64,000 nt of DNA from Candidatus Argoarchaeum ethanivorans (GCA_004193545.1 RPGO01000033.1:3841-67840), one strand, 5' to 3'; counted from the stretch's first letter, positions 1-8,742 are shown. The notes: a model not told the origin generated them from the sequence alone. Program-made: numbers and translations.

Positions 1-1
1 G

Positions 2-1270
2 ACATTCGGTGATGGTGGCGAAGGTACTGGAGTAACCACAACCCACACATACACAACTGCTGGAGCTAAGAACGTAATACTCAAGGTAACTGACAACGAC
101 AGCGCAACCAACAACACGACCGTAACAATCAATGTACTTAATACTGGAGATGTTCCACCAACCTGCACAGTATCTGTAACGAACTCAACAATCACACCAC
201 CACAGACTACAGACATCACTGCAACATTCTCTGAGCATGTGGACTACACACTCAACATCGAAACCAATGATGGTGCAGTGGTCTACGATTGGGATGGTAC
301 TAGGCATAACGATCGTACCGTGACATGGGATGGCAAAAACGAAACAACTGGCATACAAGTTCCAGATGGCACGTACACAGTGAATCTAACCGTTACAAAT
401 ACTACAACAGGACTTACAGACTATAACAGAACAGAAGCCGTTATTGTATCATCTGTCGTATCCAACCAACCCCCAACTGCATTCATCACAGCCCCAACCG
501 CAAGCGGTACATATCACGTGGGCGATGAAGTATCCTTCCATGCAACGGATTCTTCGGATCCTGATGGATACATTGTCTCGTATAACTGGACATTCGGTGA
601 TGGCAACACAAGTGAGGTAGCAAACACAACCCACACATACGCAACTGCTAACACATACACCGTAATACTCACGGTAACCGACAACGACAGCGCAACCAAC
701 ACCACGACCGTAACAATCGTCGTATCCAACCAACCCCCAACTGCATTCATCACAGCCCCAACCGCAAGCGGTACATATCACGTGGGCGATGAAGTATCCT
801 TCCATGCAACGGATTCTTCGGATCCTGATGGATACATTGTCTCGTATAACTGGACATTCGGTGATGGCAACACAAGTGAGGTAGCAAACACAACCCACAC
901 ATACGCAACTGCTAACACATACACCGTAATACTCACGGTAACCGACAACGACAGCGCAACCAACACCACGACAGTAACAATCAATGTACTTGAGACTGAA
1001 GCAGTTAGTGTCACCCTCTACACTGGATGGAATCTGATAGCGGTTCCTGTGAATGATTCAACTGCCAACACAGCAGAAGAATTGGCATTGAAGATCAACG
1101 GATGCAAAGAAGTTGTTAAATGGGACGCATTAACACAGATGTACATCACCTACAGTAAGATCAGTGGTGATTGGATAGGAACAGACTTTGCCATTACTGG
1201 CGGCATGGGACTCTTCGTGAATGTAGAAGGCAATACAACTGTCGGCTTCACAGGCGGCGCATGGAGTTAA
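2..1270 (+). CDS. PKD-domain repeat cell-surface protein; 5' end lies outside the window
   Basis: The frame is open from the window edge to the stop at 1270. It has repeated PKD-like units (FTFGDG..THTY...Y.V.L.VTDNDSATN..TVTI). The ORF-track start at 239 is an internal GTG. Confidence 0.8.
   Translation, partial: TFGDGGEGTGVTTTHTYTTAGAKNVILKVTDNDSATNNTTVTINVLNTGDVPPTCTVSVTNSTITPPQTTDITATFSEHVDYTLNIETNDGAVVYDWDGTRHNDRTVTWDGKNETTGIQVPDGTYTVNLTVTNTTTGLTDYNRTEAVIVSSVVSNQPPTAFITAPTASGTYHVGDEVSFHATDSSDPDGYIVSYNWTFGDGNTSEVANTTHTYATANTYTVILTVTDNDSATNTTTVTIVVSNQPPTAFITAPTASGTYHVGDEVSFHATDSSDPDGYIVSYNWTFGDGNTSEVANTTHTYATANTYTVILTVTDNDSATNTTTVTINVLETEAVSVTLYTGWNLIAVPVNDSTANTAEELALKINGCKEVVKWDALTQMYITYSKISGDWIGTDFAITGGMGLFVNVEGNTTVGFTGGAWS
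455..982 (+). repeat. 264-bp tandem duplication (2 copies) inside the PKD gene
   Basis: GTCGTATCCAACCAACCCCC.. recurs at 455 and 719 (period 264 bp = 88 codons). The two copies are essentially identical until about 970. Confidence 0.9.
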
Positions 1271-1275
1271 TCACC

Positions 1276-3147
1276 ATGAGAACAAAAGAAATAGTGGGTG
1301 CGATTTTAGCACTCACGTTTTTTTTAGGACTTGCACCATCTGTATTGACAGATATACCTGACACACCGTTTGAAGTCGGTGGACATGTCTATTCTGATGC
1401 AACATCAGTTTCAGGTGCTGCTGTCACTGTAACCAATCTAAACACAAGTGAATCTCTTACCACAACCACAGACAGCAATGGTGCTTATGTGGTGGCTCTG
1501 GGCAATCTGGCGAGTGGACACATTGCAGGAAATATAATAGAAGTAACTGCAACATACAGCGGAATGTCCGGTATTTCCCGTGCACCAAGGTCTAAAAGTC
1601 TCAGCGACAGTCCGCAGATCATCGATGTGACGATTGTAGAAGCTTTTGCCATAACAAGTGGACCACATGCAACGGACATCACCGCCAACACAGCTACCAT
1701 TGAGTGGACAACAAATATGATAGGCAACAGCAGCACCGTTAAGTATGGACTCAATGCATCTCACATGGATGAGTCAGTGAGCAATCAAACTCCGGTAAGA
1801 AACCACAGCATCAAGCTTTCAGGATTGAATTTGGGGACGGTCTACTACTACAATGTAAGCTCCACCAATGCAGAAGGAACTACAGTCAGCAGTTCAGATA
1901 ACTTTACAACCACACAGATACTTAATGTAAATATAGCAGCAAATAGTACAGAGACCTACAATTCCACATCCAATGAAACCACTGTAAAGATAGCTGCAAA
2001 TATAGATATCAATGGTACGATCAATATCACAGAGTATGACTTCCCTGTCAACGATAGCAACCAGGTCCCGCTAAACAAACCAACATTCAGTGTTTCAACA
2101 GGCGAACGACCGGTTGGAAGATATGTGGTTATCGATAACAGCAGCGAGATAAATGAAACCAGTGTCTCATGGATAATAATCAAGATGTGCTATAATGAAA
2201 CAGCGCTCACAGAAGCAGGGCTTGATAAAGATGAGGTTGGAATCGCATGGTACAATGACTCCCTTGGTAAATGGGAAATGCTTGAAACAGGAACTCCACT
2301 CTGGGTCAATGAAGCTCCGATACACCAAGGTGAAACTTGTGTCGCAGCAAACATAAGCCACTTCAGTATATTTGCAGTAACTGCTGCAATACTATATGTA
2401 CCACCAGGAGACGGTGATGGTGATGATGATGATGACGGCGGCTCCAGTGGCGGCGGCTCCAGTGGCACATCCTCTGGTGAGCCTTATGACAACATCGAAA
2501 AGCGTGAAGGACGTGATCAGTATCTCTATGTAAACAGAGAGGTTACCTACAGTTTTGTCACGCCTGAACTTGCTATCTATGAGATTATTATATCTTCCAA
2601 GAAGAACACTAACTTGATTACTGCAAGAATAGAACTTCTTAAAGGCACATCCACACTTGTAGATATACCACCTGAAGGTACGGTGTACAAGAATACCAAT
2701 ATATGGCTTGGTACCTATGGTTTTGCGACATCCGAGAATATCAAGGATGCTGCAATCAGGTTCAAAGTGAAGAAGTCATGGCTTACTGACAACAAGTTAA
2801 GCAAGAACGACATCTCTCTTGCAAAGTGGGAAAGTGGTAACTGGATCAAGCTTTCAACAACGGTTTTGAAAGACGACAGTGGCTATGTCTACTACGAGGC
2901 ACACACAACAAGCTTCTCACCGTTTGCTATCGTAGGGGAGTTTGTTCCACCAGTTGATGGAGAGAAACCAGATGGAGAGAAACCACCAACAGTGGAAGAG
3001 CCACCAGCAGATGGAGTACCACCAGTTGATGGAGAGAAACCACCAGTTAAGAAACCATGGTGGAAGATTCCTGGCTTCACATCGGCCTTCGCAATCGCTG
3101 GGCTATTTGCAGTTGCTTATGCGATGATGCGGCGCCGCAGGAAGTAG
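1276..3147 (+). CDS. secreted surface glycoprotein with FN3-like and PGF-pre-PGF-like regions and a PGF-CTERM sorting signal
   Basis: ATG at 1276 gives the signal-like N-terminus MRTKEIVGAILALTFFLGLAPSVL. The protein has many N-x-S/T sites and a Pro/Glu linker (PPVDGEKP repeats). Its C-terminus is IPGFTSAFAIAGLFAVAYAMMRRRRK (PGF motif + TM + basic tail). Confidence 0.85.
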   Translation: MRTKEIVGAILALTFFLGLAPSVLTDIPDTPFEVGGHVYSDATSVSGAAVTVTNLNTSESLTTTTDSNGAYVVALGNLASGHIAGNIIEVTATYSGMSGISRAPRSKSLSDSPQIIDVTIVEAFAITSGPHATDITANTATIEWTTNMIGNSSTVKYGLNASHMDESVSNQTPVRNHSIKLSGLNLGTVYYYNVSSTNAEGTTVSSSDNFTTTQILNVNIAANSTETYNSTSNETTVKIAANIDINGTINITEYDFPVNDSNQVPLNKPTFSVSTGERPVGRYVVIDNSSEINETSVSWIIIKMCYNETALTEAGLDKDEVGIAWYNDSLGKWEMLETGTPLWVNEAPIHQGETCVAANISHFSIFAVTAAILYVPPGDGDGDDDDDGGSSGGGSSGTSSGEPYDNIEKREGRDQYLYVNREVTYSFVTPELAIYEIIISSKKNTNLITARIELLKGTSTLVDIPPEGTVYKNTNIWLGTYGFATSENIKDAAIRFKVKKSWLTDNKLSKNDISLAKWESGNWIKLSTTVLKDDSGYVYYEAHTTSFSPFAIVGEFVPPVDGEKPDGEKPPTVEEPPADGVPPVDGEKPPVKKPWWKIPGFTSAFAIAGLFAVAYAMMRRRRK

Positions 3148-3188
3148 ACCAAATACGAATGAAGGGAAATATCCCTTCACCCCTTCTC

Positions 3189-3198
3189 TTTTTTTTTT
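3189..3198 (+). terminator. oligo-T tract after the surface protein gene
   Basis: A T10 run lies 42 nt after the stop. Archaeal terminators are typically oligo-T. Confidence 0.4.
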
Positions 3199-3224
3199 AA
3201 CGTATAGGAAAGTATAAACGCAAC
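3199..3224 (+). repeat. 26-nt motif AACGTATAGGAAAGTATAAACGCAAC (copy 1 of a dispersed family)
   Basis: Near-identical copies occur at 12076-12101 (+) and 22523-22548 (-). It contains a TATA-like GTATAAA about 30 nt before ATG 3252. Confidence 0.6.
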
Positions 3225-3319
3225 CAGATACAAATTAGTTGAAGTGATAATATGAAACAAGAGAGATTACTGCAAAAGGTAATGTCCAGAGGGTTGGGTA
3301 CAGAGATGCTGTAGAACGG

Positions 3320-3691
3320 ATGGCTCAGCAACTGGATATAACTGGTTTTGTCGAGAATCTGAAACCTTACTATGTTAAAATTGTTGCAGAAGGAGAAGAA
3401 GACATTCTCGATGAGTTTATATCTCAGATCCGCATAAAAAAGTTTCCGGTATCTGTCAAGAACCTCGATATCGAGTTCAAAGCTGCAACTGGCAAGTTCG
3501 AGTACTTTGACATTAAGCGAGGTGATTGGAGAGAAGAACTTGGAGAGTGTATGGATGTTGCAGGGACACTGCTTTATAGGTCGGTTGAACTTGGAGTGCT
3601 CAGTGAATCTCGAGTAGAGGTTGGTCGAACTTGGAGAGAATATGCTCGAAAAGCAGGATACTCATACGCACATCCTGGCAGATCTCCGTGA
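3320..3691 (+). CDS. acylphosphatase-like domain protein with a frame-disrupted 5' region
   Basis: The same frame upstream (from 3278) reads GNVQRVGYRDAVERMAQQLDITGFVENL, the acylphosphatase signature. No start codon exists in that frame. ATG 3252 lies in another frame. Confidence 0.55.
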   Translation: MAQQLDITGFVENLKPYYVKIVAEGEEDILDEFISQIRIKKFPVSVKNLDIEFKAATGKFEYFDIKRGDWREELGECMDVAGTLLYRSVELGVLSESRVEVGRTWREYARKAGYSYAHPGRSP

Positions 3692-3854
3692 TCAGACGCA
3701 GCAGAACTTTACCATACTTGATACAAAGTATGGAAGGATTGCAGACACGATGGAGAGACTCATTGATGAGATGAGAAACGAACGTAAAGACTCAAGAGTA
3801 ATGATGGAAAATCTCATAGAAGTGATCATCAGGCTTGCCGAATCTAAAAAATAA
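3642..3854 (+). CDS. hypothetical coiled-coil protein (may be the displaced C-terminal part of the preceding gene)
   Basis: A 70-codon ORF from ATG 3642 overlaps the end of 3320-3691 in another frame. No recognisable domain. Confidence 0.3.
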   Translation: MLEKQDTHTHILADLRDQTQQNFTILDTKYGRIADTMERLIDEMRNERKDSRVMMENLIEVIIRLAESKK

Positions 3855-3960
3855 ATCAGAAGAGTAACAAACGGTAGCAGAGATATACTTGCTCAAATTT
3901 AAGCTGTTTTATATTCCAGGATTTTAGCCACAAGGTTGGTACAGCTTGATTGCTGCAGCA

Positions 3961-4123
3961 CTCGATTGCTTCTCGCAATCGAGAATTGGCCGTTAACCGT
4001 TATCTCTGCAAAAATCAAAGGTTATCGGTTATTTCCACTCACGTTGTGTGCAGTTCTGTGTTAATTTTTGCACAACGAAGTTGTACAGTTACTGGTTATT
4101 TCTGCAAAGCGCAAGCTTTGCAG
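3961..4123. repeat. cluster of three hairpin repeats (9-bp stems)
   Basis: The three hairpins are CTCGATTGC-ttctc-GCAATCGAG (3961-3983), TGCACAAC-gaa-GTTGTACA (4069-4088) and CTGCAAAGC-gca-GCTTTGCAG (4102-4123). The GGTTATTT flank is present. Confidence 0.85.
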
Positions 4124-5481
4124 TGCTTAAGAGTTTCGTCTTCTTTTCCCATCGCCTGCATTACTTCTGCAAGCATTTCCACCTGCACAACAGCAGTTCC
4201 TATATAGTCGTATGGATTCATAATCTGTGCAATCTCCTCTCTACTCAACGATTGACGAATAGTGGAATTTGCAAGAAGTGCATCCTGCATGTGAAGCTTT
4301 TCTTCTCGTGCGAGCATTGCACATTCACGCACAAGTTTGTGTGCTTCCTGCCGTCCAACACCCCTTTTTGCAAGTTCAATCATCACAGCTTCCCCCATAT
4401 TCAAACCATTAAGCAGTTCAAGGTTTTGCTTGATGTTGTCCGGGTAAAAACGAAGATTTTTAATGACCTTTGTTGCAGTTCTGAGGATGTGATCTGTGAG
4501 TATGCACACCTCCGGAAAGATCACCCGTTCAGAGGCTGAGTTGGTAAGATCCCGTTCATCCCATAGTGTATTATTTAGCAACTCTGGTTCAACCATGCCC
4601 CTAATCACTCGTGCAAGCCCGCAGATTTGTTCAGACTTGATTGGATTTCGCTTATGCGGCATCGTGGATGAGCCAACCTGTTTCTTGCCAAAACTTTCCT
4701 GGACTTCTCCAATCTCACTTCTCTGTAAGCTCCGGATCTCGGTGCTGATTTTATCAAGGGTGGTTGCAAGATTTGCCATCCAGAACACAAACTCACTGTG
4801 CCGATCTCTCTGGATGATCTGGTTTGACACGTCAACACTGTTAATTCCAAGATGTTTCATTGCCAATTCCTGCACTTTAAGTCCATGTTTGCCAAAGGCT
4901 GCCTGTGTGCCGGATGCACCACTCATCTTTCCAACCACCACTCTTGGTATCAGCTCTTTAAGACGAGTGATGTGCCTGTCGACTTCTGATGCCCAGATGG
5001 CAAATCTTAAGCCATAGGTTGTAGGTATTCCAATCTGCCCATGAGTGCGGGCAACACAGACAGTATTTTTATGTTCAAGAGCAAGTGCAGTTAGTACACT
5101 TCTAAGCCTTCGAGCCTGCACAAAGAAAATATCAATGGCATCCTTGAACTGTAGGGCGGTTGCAGTATCCAGCATGTCATTGGAAGTAGCACCAAAGTGC
5201 ACCCACTTTCCGTAATCGCCACACTGTTCAGATAATGCCAGTACTATAGCCATCATGTCGTGATTAATCTCGTCTTCAATCTCTTTAACCCGTTCAAGCT
5301 CTACCTTTGAGGCAGCATCTTCAATAGCTATAGCTGCATTTTTTGGAATCATTCCAATTTCCACCTCAGCATTAGCAAGAGCAACCTCGACACTAAGAAC
5401 TTTTTTTAGACGAGATTGTTCGTCCCATACACCCTTCATCTCATAACTGCCGTATCGAAACTCGATCGGATGAATTGCCAT
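4096..5481 (-). CDS. purB: adenylosuccinate lyase
   Basis: The start is taken at MAIHPIEFRYGSYEMKGVWDE. It shows fumarate-lyase family signatures (GSSTMPHKRNP) and is about 461 aa. Confidence 0.9.
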   Translation of the reverse strand: MAIHPIEFRYGSYEMKGVWDEQSRLKKVLSVEVALANAEVEIGMIPKNAAIAIEDAASKVELERVKEIEDEINHDMMAIVLALSEQCGDYGKWVHFGATSNDMLDTATALQFKDAIDIFFVQARRLRSVLTALALEHKNTVCVARTHGQIGIPTTYGLRFAIWASEVDRHITRLKELIPRVVVGKMSGASGTQAAFGKHGLKVQELAMKHLGINSVDVSNQIIQRDRHSEFVFWMANLATTLDKISTEIRSLQRSEIGEVQESFGKKQVGSSTMPHKRNPIKSEQICGLARVIRGMVEPELLNNTLWDERDLTNSASERVIFPEVCILTDHILRTATKVIKNLRFYPDNIKQNLELLNGLNMGEAVMIELAKRGVGRQEAHKLVRECAMLAREEKLHMQDALLANSTIRQSLSREEIAQIMNPYDYIGTAVVQVEMLAEVMQAMGKEDETLKHCKACALQK

Positions 5482-5576
5482 GTAAATATCACACACGTGG
5501 TAAAATTTAAAGATTGGGCTGGTTAACAAAACCCAATCTTCATTCTTATATTTATTTTTCCTTTTTATAGTTATTT

Positions 5577-5596
5577 CTGCAAGCGTGAGCTTGCAG
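5577..5596. repeat. hairpin repeat
   Basis: CTGCAAGC-gtga-GCTTGCAG preceded by AGTTATTT. Confidence 0.75.
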
Positions 5597-5607
5597 GTTA
5601 CTTGTAT

Positions 5608-6153
5608 TTATTCGTCTTTTCCTATCATAATTTCTGTTGATTTGACTATAGCAGTCACATCATCGCCGTTCTGGATGTTCAGTGCTTCTGCTGCTTCTTC
5701 AGTAATTATTGCAGTTACTGTTGCAGGTTTAATGTCTATTTTGATCTTTGCTATAATCTCATTTTTCTCAATACTGGTTACTGTTCCTTTTATCTGGTTT
5801 CTTGCGGTTATCTTCAAACTTATCACCTCCCAAAACGTTTTATCATAGAGTGTCTGGCTAAGCAGGTTTTGATAGGAGTCATATTCTTTGAGGAGCTGTT
5901 TTGTTTTTGCAGTGAGTTTACTCCCCTGCATTTTTCCTCCACATTTTGTGGTAAGTACTTTCTCTCCGATAGCATGTTCTATTTCTTTTATCTGAAGCCA
6001 TGCATGCTTGTAGGATATATTCAGTTTTCCACAGGCTTTATTAAGAGAGCCTTCCACGTCTATGGTTTTAAGCAGTTTTACTTTGCCCTCACCAACGATT
6101 GGTATCTCTTTGTTTGTTAGCCAGAGTTTTGTTTTTGCCTGTGTTCTTACCAT
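5608..6153 (-). CDS. modE: ModE-like molybdate-responsive regulator (HTH + TOBE/Mop domain)
   Basis: The start is taken at MVRTQAKTKLW. The ModE-type HTH reads ISYKHAWLQIKEIEHAIGEKVLTTKCGG..GSKLT. The C-terminal TOBE-like part reads ITARNQIKGTVTSIE... Confidence 0.7.
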   Translation of the reverse strand: MVRTQAKTKLWLTNKEIPIVGEGKVKLLKTIDVEGSLNKACGKLNISYKHAWLQIKEIEHAIGEKVLTTKCGGKMQGSKLTAKTKQLLKEYDSYQNLLSQTLYDKTFWEVISLKITARNQIKGTVTSIEKNEIIAKIKIDIKPATVTAIITEEAAEALNIQNGDDVTAIVKSTEIMIGKDE

Positions 6154-6251
6154 TATTAAGTTTGCATGTTGTTTATTATTTATAACCTTAACTCCGCACC
6201 AGATTCGCAACAGTTTAATACCATTACATTCCATATATGACATGCATCTCA

Positions 6252-6902
6252 ATGATGGATATTGAAACACTAAAACACATTGCAGCACTCGGTGCTATGC
6301 AAAAAGCAGTGAAAATCGTCTCTTCACAACTGGCAGAGCTGATGCTCACAAGTCCACAGACTGCTGCAAGACGTCTTCAAATTCTTGAAAAGGAGGGCAT
6401 GATAGAGCGGCAGACAACTACTAACGGACAATGGATAAAACTTACTCCAGGTGGTATTAAACGACTTGAAGAAGAATATCGATTCTACAAGCAGTTATTC
6501 AATGTCAAAAGCACGATAGAACTGGTAGGAACAGTTCTGACAGGACTTGGTGAAGGACAGTACTACCTATCAAGCGAAGGATATAAAAAACAAATAGAGC
6601 AAAAACTTGGGTTTACACCATATCCCGGCACGTTAAATATAAAACTCGATTCTGAAAGTGTAAGACTACGCGGGAATTTAGATGCCAAAGCAGGAATCAA
6701 GATCAATGGGTTCACCAGTGAAAAAAGAACCTTTGGAGGAGGGATATGTTTTCCAGTTACTATCAAGGATGTCAAATGTGCCATAATACAGCCGGAGAGA
6801 ACTCATTACTCACCGGAAATACTTGAAATCATAGCACCGGTAAACCTTCGAAAGCACCTGAATCTCCACGACAGTTCGATTGTGAAAATAAATATCAACT
6901 GA
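6252..6902 (+). CDS. ribK: CTP-dependent riboflavin kinase with an N-terminal winged-helix domain
   Basis: It carries the archaeal RibK motifs GTVLTGLGEGQYY, PYPGTLN and TFGGG..P. The start is ATG 6252 or 6237. Confidence 0.8.
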   Translation: MMDIETLKHIAALGAMQKAVKIVSSQLAELMLTSPQTAARRLQILEKEGMIERQTTTNGQWIKLTPGGIKRLEEEYRFYKQLFNVKSTIELVGTVLTGLGEGQYYLSSEGYKKQIEQKLGFTPYPGTLNIKLDSESVRLRGNLDAKAGIKINGFTSEKRTFGGGICFPVTIKDVKCAIIQPERTHYSPEILEIIAPVNLRKHLNLHDSSIVKININ

Positions 6903-6921
6903 AAAGTAAGAGGTAAAAAAT

Positions 6922-7617
6922 ATGAAAGAACTAAGTAAAGCAATAGATTCCCTGAAAAATGGCAAAATGATACTATTATATGATGCAGATAACAGGGAGG
7001 GGGAAACAGACTTTGTTATCCCTGCACAAAGCATGACACCACGCGATGTCGCACAGATGCGAAAAGATGGTGGGGGACTTATATGTGTTGCAATCTCCGC
7101 ACCAGTTGCAAAGAAACTTGGACTTCCTTTTATGTCAGACCTGCTCAAACATGCAGGAAATAATGGAAATAAAGAATTAAAAACGATCGTTGAAAAAGAT
7201 GGAGATATAAAATATGACCACAGGTCATCCTTTTCAATATGGGTCAACCACCGAGATACCTGCACAGGCATACCTGACAATGACAGAGCACTGACTATAA
7301 ACAGGATTGCAGAGGTAACAAAACTGGTTGAAGATGGGGGTTATATCGATTTTGGCTCAGAGTTCCGCTGCCCGGGTCATGTGGCAATACTGAGAGCAGC
7401 AGACAAACTCCTTGAAGAGCGAGCAGGTCAAACAGAACTTTCGATAGCTCTTGCACAATTAGCAGGGATAACATCTGCAATGGTGGTCTGCGAAATGCTT
7501 GATGAAGAAGATGGCAGAGCACTCTCAAAACAAAAAGCAAGACAGTATGCAAAGAAGCACAATTTTCCATTCATAGAGGGAAAAGACGTTAACCACTCTC
7601 AGGAGTTGTGCAACTGA
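6922..7617 (+). CDS. ribB: 3,4-dihydroxy-2-butanone 4-phosphate synthase
   Basis: It reads LYDADNREGETDFVIPA...GGLICVA...RCPGHV, which is typical of archaeal RibB. Confidence 0.85.
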   Translation: MKELSKAIDSLKNGKMILLYDADNREGETDFVIPAQSMTPRDVAQMRKDGGGLICVAISAPVAKKLGLPFMSDLLKHAGNNGNKELKTIVEKDGDIKYDHRSSFSIWVNHRDTCTGIPDNDRALTINRIAEVTKLVEDGGYIDFGSEFRCPGHVAILRAADKLLEERAGQTELSIALAQLAGITSAMVVCEMLDEEDGRALSKQKARQYAKKHNFPFIEGKDVNHSQELCN

Positions 7618-7742
7618 CATTTCGCACTTGCTGCGCAATCAAGAGTTACTGGCGATCTCTACTCATGTTGTGTCGTACCGGTCACAGATAGAAAGCTGTT
7701 GAGAAATATATTGGGACGTAAGAATTACAGAGAGAGTGACTG

Positions 7743-7805
7743 AAATGTTTATAAAAAGAAAATCACTAACAAGCCTTGTACCTATAAGTACGGGGTCGGT
7801 GACTT
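7743..7805 (+). repeat. 63-bp conserved element (copy a) ending GGGGTCGGTGACTT
   Basis: It is about 85% identical to the reverse complement of 33303-33365. It contains a TATA-like TTTATAAA and an imperfect hairpin CCTTGTAC-ctataa-GTACGGGG. Confidence 0.8.
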
Positions 7806-7893
7806 ACGACACATTAAAGAACTTCTTGAACGTAATAAGTAAAGCTGTAAGATATATACTCATGTGGATAAATACGGATTCTAAGGTAGAAGA

Positions 7894-8742
7894 ATGGATA
7901 AATCTAAGATAGGTTCTGCAACTGCTAAAGGTGGATTTGCAAACGAGAGAGTAGTTTGCGAAAAGTTTAACAATTGGAAGAAGGATAAAGAAGCTCAAAT
8001 TTGGCTTAAAATTATGGGATACAATATAAAAAAGATTGATTTTGTAAATGCAATCCATATTCCAACCAGAATTAAGAGAAGTGATCTAGAGAAATTCGGA
8101 ATAAGTGAAGAAGATTATGAAGATCTGATGCGATTTAAGAAAGCAGATGCTCAAATCAAGATAATAATTGCAATCGGAAATATATTGAAAATAGAGAATC
8201 TATCTTTAAAAAAGGCCAATTCTGATGCCAATTATAATCAGGTAGACAAGAGACGGGTCGATTCGTATCAAGAGATGTGGGGTTTTGATGAGGATATAGC
8301 CCTTGGACTAAAGCTTTTTACAGGAGAGTTAAATCCTGAATTGTATCCCGAACTTATAGGAAAAAGAGAACTGCGAGATAAGAGAAGGTTGTTTTTGGAC
8401 GAATTGCCAGAATATATTAGAGCCAAAATTTTGAGTTTTTTTAAAGATAACAGGATAATTGTTGTAAATGATATTCTAAAAGGTAGAGGTGGGCTTTCAG
8501 CAGATTGGATGCTTGTTACCAGATACAATAAACAAGACCAGACTACTACATGGATATTTAAGGACATTAACACTGCTATGAATCTCTTTGGCGGTGGTGA
8601 TGTAAGAATTTCTCCCAAACGGAGTTTATATATCGGTAAAATCACAATGCAAAGGAAAGGTGGAACTCCTGATCCAACAAAGTTACAATTCAAGATTAAA
8701 CCGTGTGAACTATTTAAATTGGAGTGTAGGGATGGAAGTTGA
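7894..8742 (+). CDS. type II restriction endonuclease (HinP1I/MspI-like by recollection)
   Basis: It overlaps the downstream DNA methyltransferase by 11 nt. The N-terminal GSATAKGGFANE..FNNWKKDKEAQIWL and C-terminal ITMQRKGG..LQFKI segments resemble that REase family from memory; this is unverified. Confidence 0.6.
   Translation: MDKSKIGSATAKGGFANERVVCEKFNNWKKDKEAQIWLKIMGYNIKKIDFVNAIHIPTRIKRSDLEKFGISEEDYEDLMRFKKADAQIKIIIAIGNILKIENLSLKKANSDANYNQVDKRRVDSYQEMWGFDEDIALGLKLFTGELNPELYPELIGKRELRDKRRLFLDELPEYIRAKILSFFKDNRIIVVNDILKGRGGLSADWMLVTRYNKQDQTTTWIFKDINTAMNLFGGGDVRISPKRSLYIGKITMQRKGGTPDPTKLQFKIKPCELFKLECRDGS

Noticed and set aside
449-1014. Antisense ORFs 449-898, 514-753 and 778-1014 inside the PKD gene
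   Set aside because: They lie opposite a strongly supported repeat-domain CDS, and their duplicated sequences simply mirror the 264-bp tandem repeat. No independent coding evidence.
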